Both the position numbers and the translations under genes were made by a program. DNA of 58,807 nucleotides, counting the filler, from Circinaria calcarea (taxonomy: Eukaryota), in the NCBI GenBank assembly GCA_051942165.1. It is 7 parts of 7 records of this genome, joined end to end, with 100 filler letters (N's around TTAATTAATTAA, not from the genome) between each part and the next. Parts side by side here need not be neighbours in the genome. Positions count along the whole stretch, not along the records: positions 33,697 to 42,010 come from JAVECS010001135.1; positions 42,111 to 50,417 come from JAVECS010001136.1; 5 more parts are not named here. One strand, written 5' to 3'. The notes beneath the pieces were generated by a model. The model saw only the letters and a program-made list of their open reading frames with translations, was not told the DNA's origin and searched no databases. Positions 37,051-48,575 of this stretch are shown one piece after another. Each line of letters starts with the position of its first letter. The first letter of the stretch is position 1.

Positions 37051-37822
37051 AATATCCGACCTATCTATCGAAGCGCTTCGAGCCGTTTCCGGACAATACG
37101 CTTTGACTAAGGTTTTATATTGTCCGCTCTAATCAGCGTGAGGGTGGAGCGGGCATTAATTACTAAGCTCAAAAACTAACAGAATATGTGGGTAGGGGTC
37201 AAGCCTACGCTTAGACACTGCTTTTGAAAATAAAAATATTATAAAAAAAACGAGATGTATGTATAAATAAATACTATGGAACTATTAAGAAATACTGCGT
37301 ATGGAATATATATACGATATATCTATAAAAATACTTGGGGGATCTTTGAGATATGGAACGAAATGCGCACCTAATCAACGCTGTTTCATTTTTTTTTTTT
37401 TTCGGCGAAATCGGTTTTTATAGTGGCCGGGTATACCACAGCTCGCCGGATATATTATAATACAGCTCGTCGAGCGCACCCATTAATATTGGGCGCACCA
37501 ACTACGTCATAAGATCGGGGCTTATATATTCAAGCTTTAGATATCTAGCTTAATGCCCGCTCCACCCCTGCGCTGATTAGAACGGATAATATTTTGGTCG
37601 CAGGGGTATCAGCTGTTAACGTGACGCTAAACCTATTAATAATTCTAGTTAACTTATTAATCTCATTGATAGATAACGAGGTTTTAATTATATTGAGCAG
37701 TGATTCACTAACGTGACGTCAATAGCTGATTCCCCTGCGACCATAATACAAAACTTTGGTCAAAGCGTACTGTCCGGAAAGGGCTCGGAAGCGCTTTCCG
37801 AGCAGAGCTAAGGGCGGAGATT
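37051..37822. mobile_element. MITE-like element with ~100-bp TIRs, right TIR interrupted
   Basis: AAGCGCTTCGAGCCGTTTCCGGACAATACGCTTTGAC...CTAATCAGCG..GGGTGGAGCGGGCATTAA (37071-37159) is mirrored in two pieces at ~37550-37591 and 37747-37796. Confidence 0.75.
37592..37746. mobile_element. 155-bp Tc1/mariner-type MITE with TA target-site duplication
   Basis: TIR TT(T/A)TGGTCGCAGGGG.ATCAGCT.TT.ACGT. TA at 37590-37591 and 37747-37748. The empty site is seen in the opposite arm of the host element. Confidence 0.85.
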
Positions 37823-38465
37823 TTTTTAAATACGTATACCTCATACGCATGTCCTATGCACCTTGTATGCACCTACTATATAACCCTTAGCCTTTCCTCA
37901 CCGCTTCACGCCTTTAAGCATTCCTGCATCAGTTTCTATTAGGTATCGCAGTAGCTTATTGATAGCCTCAATGAGTAGCAAGTACCTCAGGGTTATAGGC
38001 AAAGGATATTGCCTTAATAATTATTAAGGGGTAGCAATGCGGGATTAATTAGCTCATTACTTTGACTTTCTTTCTAATACGGACCAGGGGAACATTTTAT
38101 CCCAACGTTTAATACAACAATAACTGGAGATTATAAATCCATTATAAATAAAACGGCCAAAACTTTTATTCGTCGACATCACGTCCCGAGATCATACGAT
38201 CGGCGCATAGGATCCGGAGCTTAAATCCAAATATGATATTACTAATCGTCCTAAAAACAAGTACTCGATTTTATCGCCATTGGTTCTTAGCACACCTAAA
38301 AATTAGAACCAACGGATCACCACACACAGCCATACGCAAGATTCTAGCGTCACGGTCCACCAGGCTATATAGATTGGGCAAACTCCCGGAAACTGGCTTA
38401 ATATAAAAAGCTCCCAGCCTCTATTATCACATCGTTAGCACAAACCAGTAACCTTTTTGGGAAAA

Positions 38466-40259
38466 ATATCCACCTTACCAGAAATATTACCTCAGATCCT
38501 CGAATCCAGCCGTATTTTCTTGGCGGCCTTTTTAACGGCCGTTGTGCTCTATATTGTTTTTGCGCAATTATACGAGCCGAAGGCTAAGAGCAGTTTTCCC
38601 TATGTGGGCGTCGAGCAGGGATTTCTCCTTTTCAAGAAGATGCGTCAGCGACTTCACTGGTTCAAAAAAGGTCCAGGTCTCATTCACAGCGCATTTAAGC
38701 AGCATCGGGATACTATTTTTACTCTTCCATCACTTAATCGCACGTCAATAGTTCTGCCCCCTCGCTTCCTCAATGAAATTAGAGATCTTCCAAGCACTAT
38801 CGGTAACAACTCCCGCGCAACTTCAGATATAAGCACTGCATCAGTTGCTTCATTTAAGAAAGTTTACAGAAAAGTGCGAAAATACCCGACCAATATATAA
38901 TTCTTCATTAAAAAATGGACAACCTTAGATTACGATATTTTCGGACATGCTACTATCGATGCTATCAAAGCGCAATATATTTCCAAAATCGGCTCTCAGA
39001 TTAAACCGGCTTTAAACGAAGCAGTGTACGCTTTTAATATGCATTTCGACAAATATCCAGATTCGTACTCTCATTACCTCCTGCATTCATCGGTATTTTA
39101 AATAGTGCCACGCATTATACTTTAAGCTTACGGAAGAATAACTTTGCCTCCCAGACTGGACTCCTATCATAATTCAACCAAGAATTCTACAGCTCGTGTC
39201 CCAAATAATAACTCGAACAGTCATAGGGCCTGATATCTGTCGTGATCCCAGGTGGACTTCGGCCGTGATCAGCTATGCGCAGAACGTTTTCAGTAGTACT
39301 ATTCTTTTAAAACTTCTGCCTGATATATTACAGCCTTTGGCGGCTTTATTCTCGCCCTACTTCTACCGCATTCATAACTGTCGCCGAATGATCAAAAAGC
39401 TCGCCGCTCCCGTCATACAACAAATGGTGGCCTGGAAGCGTGATGACCCCGAATCTTGGAAAGCACACTTAAGAAATGACAAGGTTATTGCTGTTAACTG
39501 GCTAGTAGAGACTTCCCCCCCTCAGGAGTCAACCGTAGCCATGATTGCCCATCGACTAACCGGCGTGAGCTTCGGCGCGTCTCATACAACTTCCAATACT
39601 ATCACAAACGCCATCATAGACCTGGCCAACGATTTCAATCGTTGGGCTCCACCACTGCGAGAAGAAATCAGGAATGTCCTGGGAGCCGAATCAACACAGA
39701 TCACCAACGCGGACTTATCAAAGATGTGGAAACTTGATAGTTTTTTGAAAGAGTCCCAAAGGTTTCACCCTCTATCTAAGCGTACGTATACAAGAACTTT
39801 ATTGATTGAAATTCTATAACTAATAAAACATCGAATATGATAGTATTTGTGAATCGTAAAATAATAAAACCTTACACTTTGTCCTTAGGGGACGTTCTTC
39901 CGAAGAATGCCCATATCTTATTCGCTGGCGTTCCGATCTCCATGTCTGACGACTATTTCGACAAAGCGGAAGAGTTCGATGGGTTTCGCTTTGAACGCCT
40001 TCGCCGCAATTCTGAGGGCGACCATAACGGCTTGCAGTTCACTTCGTCCTACGCAGGAAGCTTATATTTCGGGCATGGACATTACATGTGCCCTGGGAGA
40101 TTTATGGGTAGCTTAATCTCCAAGCTCCTTTTGATTGAACTACTACAACGATATGATTTGAAGTTGAACGATGGAGGGCGGCCGGAAAACATTATATTCT
40201 TTGACATGGATGTGCCTAACCCCAAATATGAGGTTTTATTCCAAAATAGAGTAGTTTAG
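38466..40259 (+). pseudogene. Cytochrome P450 with G-to-A lesions at the start codon and splice sites
   Basis: N-terminal anchor, FGASHTT I-helix, ESQR (ExxR), FDGFRF and heme motif FGHGHYMCPG. ATA at the expected start, and AT/AA in place of GT/AG at introns 1-2. Confidence 0.85.
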
Positions 40260-40782
40260 AGCTTCTTATCGGCAAAGCGGCAATAAATTTCTGCAATGAA
40301 TTTTATATTCGCGACTTTTATTTAATAAGTTTTCTCGATAGCCTGTATTAAATTGCCTTCTACATATATCATATGCCTTATTCCACCGTCTCCCCCGCCC
40401 ACGTATCCTGATTCCCTCATATGCCGTATGTTATTTTAATTAACATAGCTTTCCGTATGAGCTGCTAGTTATGGAATCCTCCACATTAATCTCCCTTTAT
40501 CTTTTCTGTTTCTCCTGCTTCTACCATCCCACAGGACTCTAGCCCCTTCTCGACACCCCTTTACCTGATGGTACACCACTACCTCCTCGCTTGCCTCTCC
40601 ACCTCATCCGACCCGTTCATTTTTCTGTATATAATCACGTAGCTTCCTCGGCAGTCTAGCACGTCTAGCCCTAGACCTAATGTATTTGTAGCTTTCACTA
40701 ACAGGACCCCTTTCCCTCATATAATTAACCTCTTCGGCTTGTTATTTAGGAAGTCAATCTTTACGTGGAACCGGCTGCAACG

Positions 40783-40969
40783 CTGCGTATCCGACACCAT
40801 CCACCTTCTCGATTAACCCCTGCATATCCAAAACCATCCACATTCTCGATTAGCCCTGCATATCCGACACCATCCACGTTCTCAATTAACCTGCATGTCC
40901 AACACCATCCACGTTCTCGATTAACCTGCATGTCCAACACCATCCACCTTCTCGATTGACCCTGCATAT
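40783..40969. repeat. Minisatellite, ~35-37 bp x 5
   Basis: Head-to-tail unit CTGCAT(A/G)TCC(G/A)ACACCATCCAC(C/G/A)TTCTCGATTAACC with no spacers. Confidence 0.9.
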
Positions 40970-41756
40970 GCACTCCACTCTTATCGTGCTGCCTCAGGCC
41001 GCGTTTAATGACTCAATTTACCCTTTAATGCCTCCCCACTTCGGAGTTCGGATCCTTTTATCTTTTGATTAGATCACTTTACATATAGTACTCCACTTTA
41101 TAATCCTATCGGTGAGAACACATACCTGGCCAGTCCAAATGATCATCGGCCGGAAGGATCGCTTTTGCTCCTCTGGTGGCAGTTTTGCCGTCAGGGATGT
41201 CTGCCGAACTCACTAACTCCGCAATGCCCTCCCGATCTCTAGCATTCACGACCGGAACTCTTCCGTTATATTAATAATATATGCTACTTATCGATAACCA
41301 CCCCTCGGTCTAATTCCGTCATCCGTATAACCGCTGACAAAAGTATTAAAATCCTTCGGTATGACCAATTTAGACGTTACGAACTCGATTAATTACTATA
41401 TGTATTTTTGCTTGGATAATAGGGCGGCAGCATAAATAATAAGCTGTTCTGTTTCTGGTGTCCTACCATACAGCCAGTACCAGGCTTAGACCCTACATAA
41501 TCACCCGGATTATATTTGCCTACTAGCTCCAGAATTTAGCACCTAGACCCAATGTTAGATGCAGCCGATCTCGGTTCGGCCCGGGATAAAGCGTTCTTAA
41601 GCTTAAGTCCGTTCCGAAATTCAAAAGCACAGTTTATGCTGCCACCCACATTGCTGCTTCACTTTTTTAAAAGCGTCCATCTCTTTGATATATTTCTACG
41701 TCAAATCTGACTGAGCAAGAAGGAATCTATCGAATCATCAGTCAAACCCCTTCATC

Positions 41757-42010
41757 ATGTCCTCACCAGTTTGGTTTATTACCGGCACCTCCAATGGCAT
41801 GGGCCTCCTCCTGTCCCTTCGTGCCCTAAAAGCCGGCCATAGGGTCATCTCTACTGTTAGGGACCCCAAGAGATCAGCTGCAGCCGTTCAGAAGATCACC
41901 AACGCTGGTGGTAAAGTCATGACTCTTGACCTAGAAGAGCCGCAGGAGAGCATTTTTACAAAAGTTCGAGATGCTGAGAAAATTTACGGACACATTGATT
42001 ACCTGGTTAA
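41757..42010 (+). CDS. Short-chain dehydrogenase/reductase, 5' part
   Basis: VWFITGTSNGMG Rossmann motif and YGHIDYLV(N); cut by the linker. Confidence 0.9.
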
Positions 42011-42110
42011 NNNNNNNNNNNNNNNNNNNNNNNNNNNNNNNNNNNNNNNNNNNNTTAATTAATTAANNNNNNNNNNNNNNNNNNNNNNNNNNNNNNNNNN
42101 NNNNNNNNNN

Positions 42111-42763
42111 CGTCAACCCAACCCCCCTTCTCCAACCGTCAATTCTCGCCTTCCACGCCCCCACCCCCTCCGATCTAACCGGCCAACTCCTCCTCCGCGC
42201 CATCCGAGATCAAATCGCCCTCCTATATGGGGACTACGGCGTCGGCGTTACGGGAGCAGGGGGCGGATTGAGCGGTACGATACTCATCCCCACCTTTGCA
42301 TCCTGCCCCTCAATTCCCCACTTTCGTTTCATAACATTAACCGACGCGCTTAGTAAAATATTTCTCCCCATCCACCTCGACCTTCATCCTCCGCTCCCCG
42401 CGCGCGCACTATCGCCTAGTCTGGGCCGCGCTGACGCTGACGACGCATCTCCCTTCAGCGAGCAAAGTCCCCAAGCCGCAGCAGAGAAGGAAGTGCGTAA
42501 TGCGGGTTGTTAGAGTTAGTGGGACGATTCGCAAGGTTGAGGAGGAGGCAATTCGGCGGGCTAGAGGGGATATTTTGAGAGCGAGGAGGGAGGAGGGAGG
42601 AGGAGAGGTAATGGGAATTGGGATAGAGGTGGGGGTGGAGAAGATTGGGCTGGATGCGATGGCGGGAGGGGTAGTAAGAGAGGGATCGGAGAGGGCGGAT
42701 GGAAACGGGGATGAGCAAGGAGAAAGTGGCGAGGAGAGTGACAGGCTGACTGTGGGATTTTGA
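42111..42763 (+). CDS. POP5: RNase P/MRP subunit Pop5 (5' truncated)
   Basis: LLYGDYG, intron, VKYFSPSTSTFILR, HYRLVWAALT and VVRVSGTIRKVEEEAIRRAR. Confidence 0.9.
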
Positions 42764-42902
42764 GGGTTGGAGGAGCTGGATATTAGCGCCTGTGGAGAAT
42801 GCGTGTCCAAGAGATCGTTTTCCTGTATTGAGGAAACGGACTGATCCCGATGCATACCAAAAGCCCGTACAGTACGCTGTAAGCATCATAAATAGCGTGG
42901 TA

Positions 42903-44075
42903 TCACCCTCGCCGTACAATTTTGACTCCACCGTCAGGAAAATGTCGCTCGATCTCCTCAGCCTCGCTATCTCCTTCCTCATCTCCAGCGTCGTCCACCA
43001 GACCTGGCGCTTCTCGCGCCCTAGCCTCTTCCTCCCACTCCTTTCTCTCTTTCTCGTCAAACTCATCTTTTCTATCCAACCACCTCTCCTGCACATCCCT
43101 TACATCCATCACCTTCATTCCGCTTCTCATAGCAACCTGCCATACCGTATCGTTCGCCCCCTCTGCGCCTCCAAATGCATACCCGCCTGCACGGTCGATG
43201 GCATGTAGGAGAGTCATCATACTCTTTTTGTCTTCTACAGCTAGTGTTTCAAAGCTGACGAGGCCGAAATCTTCGACTAATTCGATGATGGCTTTGTTTA
43301 GGCCTTCGAATTTGGAATTCGCCACAATGCCGGATTCTTGTTCCATATATGGGAGAAGGTAGGAGAGATCATGAACTTCGGTGTAGAAGTCAAGATTGAA
43401 GGGCAAGGGCGTGTACGTAGAGAGCTTGTCGATCTTCGTAAGGACGTTGAGGTGGGGGAGATCCATCTGTAGCATGGCGCGAAGGGAGAGTAAAAGTGTT
43501 GAGATGTATAGGGATGGTAGTGTCAGGCTATATGAGTCTGTCAGGTGTAGTGCGACTAGCTACCAAGAATATTCGATTAGTAAAACGTTCAACGAGAAAC
43601 GGTACGGGAGAGGGTGGGAGCAGACTCTGTACCCAAGCTTCTGTATCCGGAAAAAAATATTTCGTAATGACGAATGGTGCGTAAATAATTCCACCTGGCC
43701 AGGGCAATCAAAGAGTACATAATCCTCTATAGCATCGTCCCTATCAGCCTTCCACCCCCCAAACACCCCTGCTCATGTCTTCCTACCTCCAAGCCCCTTC
43801 AACCCATCCTCTAGCCACCCCCAATTATGTTCCAGTTCTTCGAGGGCATAAAGTACTGCTCCATTTGGTCCTAGCTCAAGATCCTCCATGGTTTCTTCTA
43901 TGGTTACAAGCTCCCGAACATCCAGCGCGCACGGGTAGGATGTATGATCGTTTGCAGGATCGAGGTTGACAACGGAGCATTTTCGTCCGATGGCGGAGAG
44001 GAATTGATGCATACCATCGCAATATGTAGATTTTCCTGAGCCAGGAGGCCCTATGACCAACTGAGCAAATGGCAT
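42903..44075 (-). CDS. GPN2: GPN-loop GTPase 2, 3 exons
   Basis: MPFAQLVIGPPGSGKSTYC, NLDPAN, LGPNG, FDCPGQVELFTHH, NVLTKID and LPFNLDFYTEV. Confidence 0.95.
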
Positions 44076-44329
44076 CTTTCTTAATGGTTATACCTCGTAT
44101 CTCTAATATATCGAACATCGGAAAATAGAAATTGCCCGAACTGACTTCGGAACGGAAAAACTGCAATGGTCTTATTCTACGTAGTAGATGTATCTGGGCC
44201 TGAGATAGGTTCATGAGGCTTCGGTACCTTTTAGAAACGCAAATTGTTAGCAACATCACGCATGACTCACCTAGAACAATTTGATTGCTTTAATCATCTC
44301 GTATCTACGTTTTTAGTTGAACCTCAACC

Positions 44330-44903
44330 ATGTTTGCGCGCAGAACCTTCCATGTCACAAAGCCATTCTTCACTCATAGATTCTACTGGTCTCAAGCCAC
44401 TTTAACCCTCCCTCCGGACAAAACACTTGAGGTCCGGTGCTCTGTTGAAAAAGGCCTAGATTGCTCGGTGTCGATTGACAGAGAGGCCGGTTGTCAGTTA
44501 GCAGGATCTGAATTGGGTGATGAGGGCACCAGAGTAGATCTGATTTTTTATGGTGGTCGTCATTTTGCCCGTGGTATGATATTCATTGCAGTCCGCTACT
44601 GCTTCTTTTTTGTTCTTATACGCGTGTCTAGATAGGTCCCAGCACTCGCCTCGCTTAACCTTGACACAGGAGGCTGCAAAGCTCATAGAGAATAACCGTG
44701 GCGCTGAGGAAAGACAGGCTACACTGTATCATTTTGGGGGTAGCAATCAGGGTTCTGGTATTGCTTTCAAAGGGACTGAGGGAGGTATGTCATCGTGGCT
44801 CTCTAGCGGAGTTCAACTACTAATGTGCATGAAAGAGGAATTCCTAAATATCACTGCCCAGGGAATGGAAAAGCTCAAGCACGTACTTACAGCCCTGAAG
44901 TAG
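44330..44903 (+). CDS. Hypothetical ~171-aa protein with presequence-like N-terminus, 2 exons
   Basis: Intron 44574-44631 (GTATGA...CTAG) joins two ORF-track frames in phase. The N-terminus MFARRTFHVTKPFFTHRFYWSQ is basic and lacks acidic residues. Confidence 0.65.
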
Positions 44904-45026
44904 CAGGTCCTTCTTCCAAACCGAACTTTAACCTTATGCCACCGAAATCTACGGTGACCAAGAGCGCACACTACTAGGCACGTAAAGCAGATCTCACGCG
45001 TGCATCCCAACTCAACTATGTATATT

Positions 45027-45485
45027 CTATGCATCGTTCGATAAAGGCTCCGCCTGCTCTCGTTGAGAGCTTGACGCCTGTCTCCAACGCGTACGATAGA
45101 TGGCCGCCAGTCCTGGTTCGTCCAGTTTGTTCTGAGCCACGTCGGAGTGGGCTTTCTCCAGCACGTCATCCATATCCACCGTCGAAGTACCTTCTTGCAG
45201 TATCATCCCATGCCGTGCCAAGAACATGTTAGCAGCCAACAATGCCGTTCTCTTGTTGCCGTTCCCAAACGCATGGTTCTTGATCAGCTTGACACTGAGA
45301 ACTGCTGCTAGCTCTGCCAGGTCATTCACTCCTCCGTAGTGCTGTTGGTTTATTGGGGATACGACTGCAGATTCGAGGAGGCCCTCATCACGGAGAACGC
45401 TTGTGGATGCGCCTTCCACATACTTGTTAAGCTCCTTGATGTGGATAGCTGCCAGGAACCGGAAGTGTATCATCTTGCTTGCCAT
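45027..45485 (-). CDS. Fic/Doc family protein, Doc (death-on-curing) subfamily, 152 aa from MASKM
   Basis: LRDEGLLESAV..P, DLAELAA and active-site loop KNHAFGNGNKRTALLA..MFLARHG. Lys where AMPylating Fic enzymes have Gly (GNGR). Confidence 0.92.
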   Translation of the reverse strand: MASKMIHFRFLAAIHIKELNKYVEGASTSVLRDEGLLESAVVSPINQQHYGGVNDLAELAAVLSVKLIKNHAFGNGNKRTALLAANMFLARHGMILQEGTSTVDMDDVLEKAHSDVAQNKLDEPGLAAIYRTRWRQASSSQREQAEPLSNDA

Positions 45486-47860
45486 AGCTACGCCACAAGT
45501 AGATGATTTCTCCTGGAGAGTGCCTCTAATTGTCAAGAGGATTGTGGCTAGCAGAGGCTTAGCGTGCTTGAAATGCTGGAAATCAAAAATTCGGGTAGTC
45601 AGCGTACTCCGATGCTAGATTTTATAAATTAGTGCTGGAGCAAAATTCTACAATGTAGTATAGAAACTATTCACCAAGAGAAGACTTATACGACCATCAA
45701 TCACCGCCGAAACCGCCCGGCACTAATCTTAGAAACACCCAAATTTTAGTAGTAGACCTAAGAGTTTCAAATTCTTGTATATTTCCATACCTAGCGTCAA
45801 TCCCACTGAATACAGCCTCCAGAATATAAGTGGCCTTTGTTCCTGTCCTGTTGCAGCCAATAAAAGACGGGATTTGACGTTGTCCCCGGGCCGTCCATCT
45901 TCCGTAGAAAGCCCGGTTTCTAGGGGGGTGGGTTTCGTCAGGTATTTAATTTTCGCCCCGGTACAGTATATAATAAAAACTAGGCGTATTCGCCCCAAGC
46001 CACCCTAAGCCAAGAGAAAGGAGGTGCACTATAGAGAGGGCGCTACGTCTTTAACAGGATGCTGTAGGAATTGGTCACATGTACTCACGTGAGTGCATAT
46101 GTAATATGCACTAGTCTATTTAATATGTAGAGATCTCGCGTAATAGAAGGCAACTTCAGGTAAGGGTTGCTGAAATACTATATTGACACTATGAAATACT
46201 GTTTGTGTGTAGAGAGTAAAGTAGAAACATAGCGCGAGTGTTAGGCAATGTAGCCTCTGTAAAAGGTATAGACCCGAAGTAGCCGAATACGCTAGACACG
46301 GGGCTGAGAAAGGAACCTAAGATCTTGGCGTCAGAAATCACTCTCTGCCTGGTAAGAGAGGTGGTAGGTATATATGAGGCATCAGTTTTATGAAAAAGTT
46401 GTATGTTTAGGAGATATCTCGGCTCATACGGAGGGGATATGAGATTGTTTAAGATGCTTCTTGTCAGTTGACGTTTGCCCTAGTCAAAAAACTAAAGTCA
46501 ACGTAAGCAAAAGCAAGGAAGACTTCCTACTCATAAGAACCAAGCTGCAAAATGGAAAAGGTGCTCGGAAATAGTGCTTGCTCTTAAATGTCTGCGTAGG
46601 AAGGGCTTCGCGGTTCGATAAGAAGCAAGCCGTGCAGTGGGCCTTATTGTCCCGATAATAGAGCTGTATCTGGACCAGCCGTTCACTTTACCAGTAATGG
46701 AGGATACCCAGAAAGAAGCAATATTTGAGTATGGCTCATTTACATCTCCTCATCCTGCATTGCCTGCCTTGCTTTATATGTATGAGTAAAGAAGAACTAC
46801 TCAGTCATGAATTTTCCTTGGTTTCTTTGATGACTGTTTCCACTGCTCGCTCGCCATTTTATGCTATACTGGTCCTAGATCTCGCTTCTTTTGACGTTCC
46901 TCGGTGTATCGCAAAACTTGAGACTTTCCCTTTCTAGAATTTCTCTCCTCGAAGACTAGTTTTCTATCCTGGGAGTGCTTCCTGATCTCTTATTTGTCTG
47001 TCACTTATATTATGTGGCATTAATGCTAGGGCAAGCCTCCCCCTTCAACAAGTCCATTAGACCCCGTACATCGAGAATCTTGGTGCGGCAAGAACAGTAG
47101 GCGGGGCGGCGATATAAATCGAGGCCGGCAAAGCAGTAAGAGAACCCAGACGAAACGAAACCCAGCAGCTAGTCCACGCTCAGGAGGCGTCCAGCTCAGA
47201 AGCGGCTTCAGAAAGTTGCAACTAGAAAAGTCTTAATTTTTGGCTGCCATAAGCACGTGCTGCTCATATTATCACACCTCTATGCGGCCTGTTGCAACGT
47301 ATAAGCTGGCAGGGTGGCTTAACACCATACGATTCCAATACGTTAACAGGCTATCTTAACTTGTGTGTTCACTGCCATAAAGCTACAACTCGTCAACCAA
47401 ATACCCTGTCACCTCAAGGTTTTATTCACGCACCATAGTAATTTGTTAAGTCATTAACATGTACTTCCTTATCTTGAATTGCTAGCTCTCCTACACACTT
47501 CAGAATTCAACCCTACACTTAAATAATTCTTTCGCATTCCCTTCATCGGCTTTCTCTTACCTTTTCATCCACACCGATAAAGAGTTTAGAAATCCATTAA
47601 CCACACCTCAGCATCAACGATACCAGAGCCTCCAATAAGTTAGTCAGACTTCTACCATCCACAATCATTCACCCAAGGACTCCTAGCTGGTCTGATTATC
47701 TGACTTAGGCGTTGAGTACATGTCGTTAACCTACGCTACATAACGTGGACAGAATTTACTGGCTCAAGGACACGAATTCTAAACCCTTCGTTACGTCTAT
47801 TGCAACAGCATTTCGATTTAGTTGGCCCTAAAGTAACACGCAGCATCTTTCACATCTGCA

Positions 47861-48575
47861 ATGCTATCCACGCAGCAAAAGCTGCATGCTCCACCCTCGC
47901 CACCACCAGGCAACGACCCCTCCAGACCAATAGAGATCATAGTCGACTCAAACAACCTCCTTACCATCAAGGCACCTTCTATCAGCTTCTCCTCCGGCAA
48001 TATCCCTCTTGCTGATCTCTCTATCATTAACAATCCTGTCCTCAACAGTACAACCAAAGAAATCGAAGCCACAACGAACTTCGTACAACACCTCCATTCC
48101 CGGGACTCGAGCCTCATATATAGCGTTACGCCCGTAATGGCTGGAGAGGCCATTTCGAACTTCATCGGCAGTCACCGTGGCAATGACCGTGGTGATGTGG
48201 GTTCGAGCGCCGAGACTGGGACTAGAGGCCACAAGGGGCGTGGAGTTAATGGTTCACGAGGCGAGGAGGGTAATAAACGGAAAAGGGATGCTGGTGGTAC
48301 TGGTGAGGGGGTTGATGGGGGGGAATGCCGGGGTAAGCAGAGGAGGGTGGAGGGAGTTGCTGAGGAGGTAATAATTCATGTTAAGAATCAACAGATCTGT
48401 GCTAACTCTTTAACAGCCAACATCATCACACACCGGAAGCGACGCAGAGGCCGAGTCCCAAGAAGGCTCTATCTTCGCACCAGAAGACGTGACTTCCTAC
48501 CAAGGATTTACAGGTGTCACACTTGAGGATGTGGTCAGTACCTCATTCTTCGACGAGGCGTTCTTTCCGGACTAA
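47861..48575 (+). CDS. Hypothetical protein with basic NLS-like patches, probably 2 exons
   Basis: ORF with KRKR and KQRR. A plausible intron at ~48368-48416 (GTAATA..GCTAAC..CAG) leads to an acidic tail ending in TAA at 48573-48575. Confidence 0.45.

Noticed and set aside
40783..40969. CRISPR-like array of ~36-bp repeats
   Set aside because: Units are head-to-tail with no unique spacers, there are no cas genes, and the context is eukaryotic.
46000..47260. Degenerate transposase or Starship-captain relic upstream of the Doc gene
   Set aside because: Only scattered Cys/His-containing fragments broken by stops, with no diagnostic motif readable by eye. A translated HMM search would be needed.
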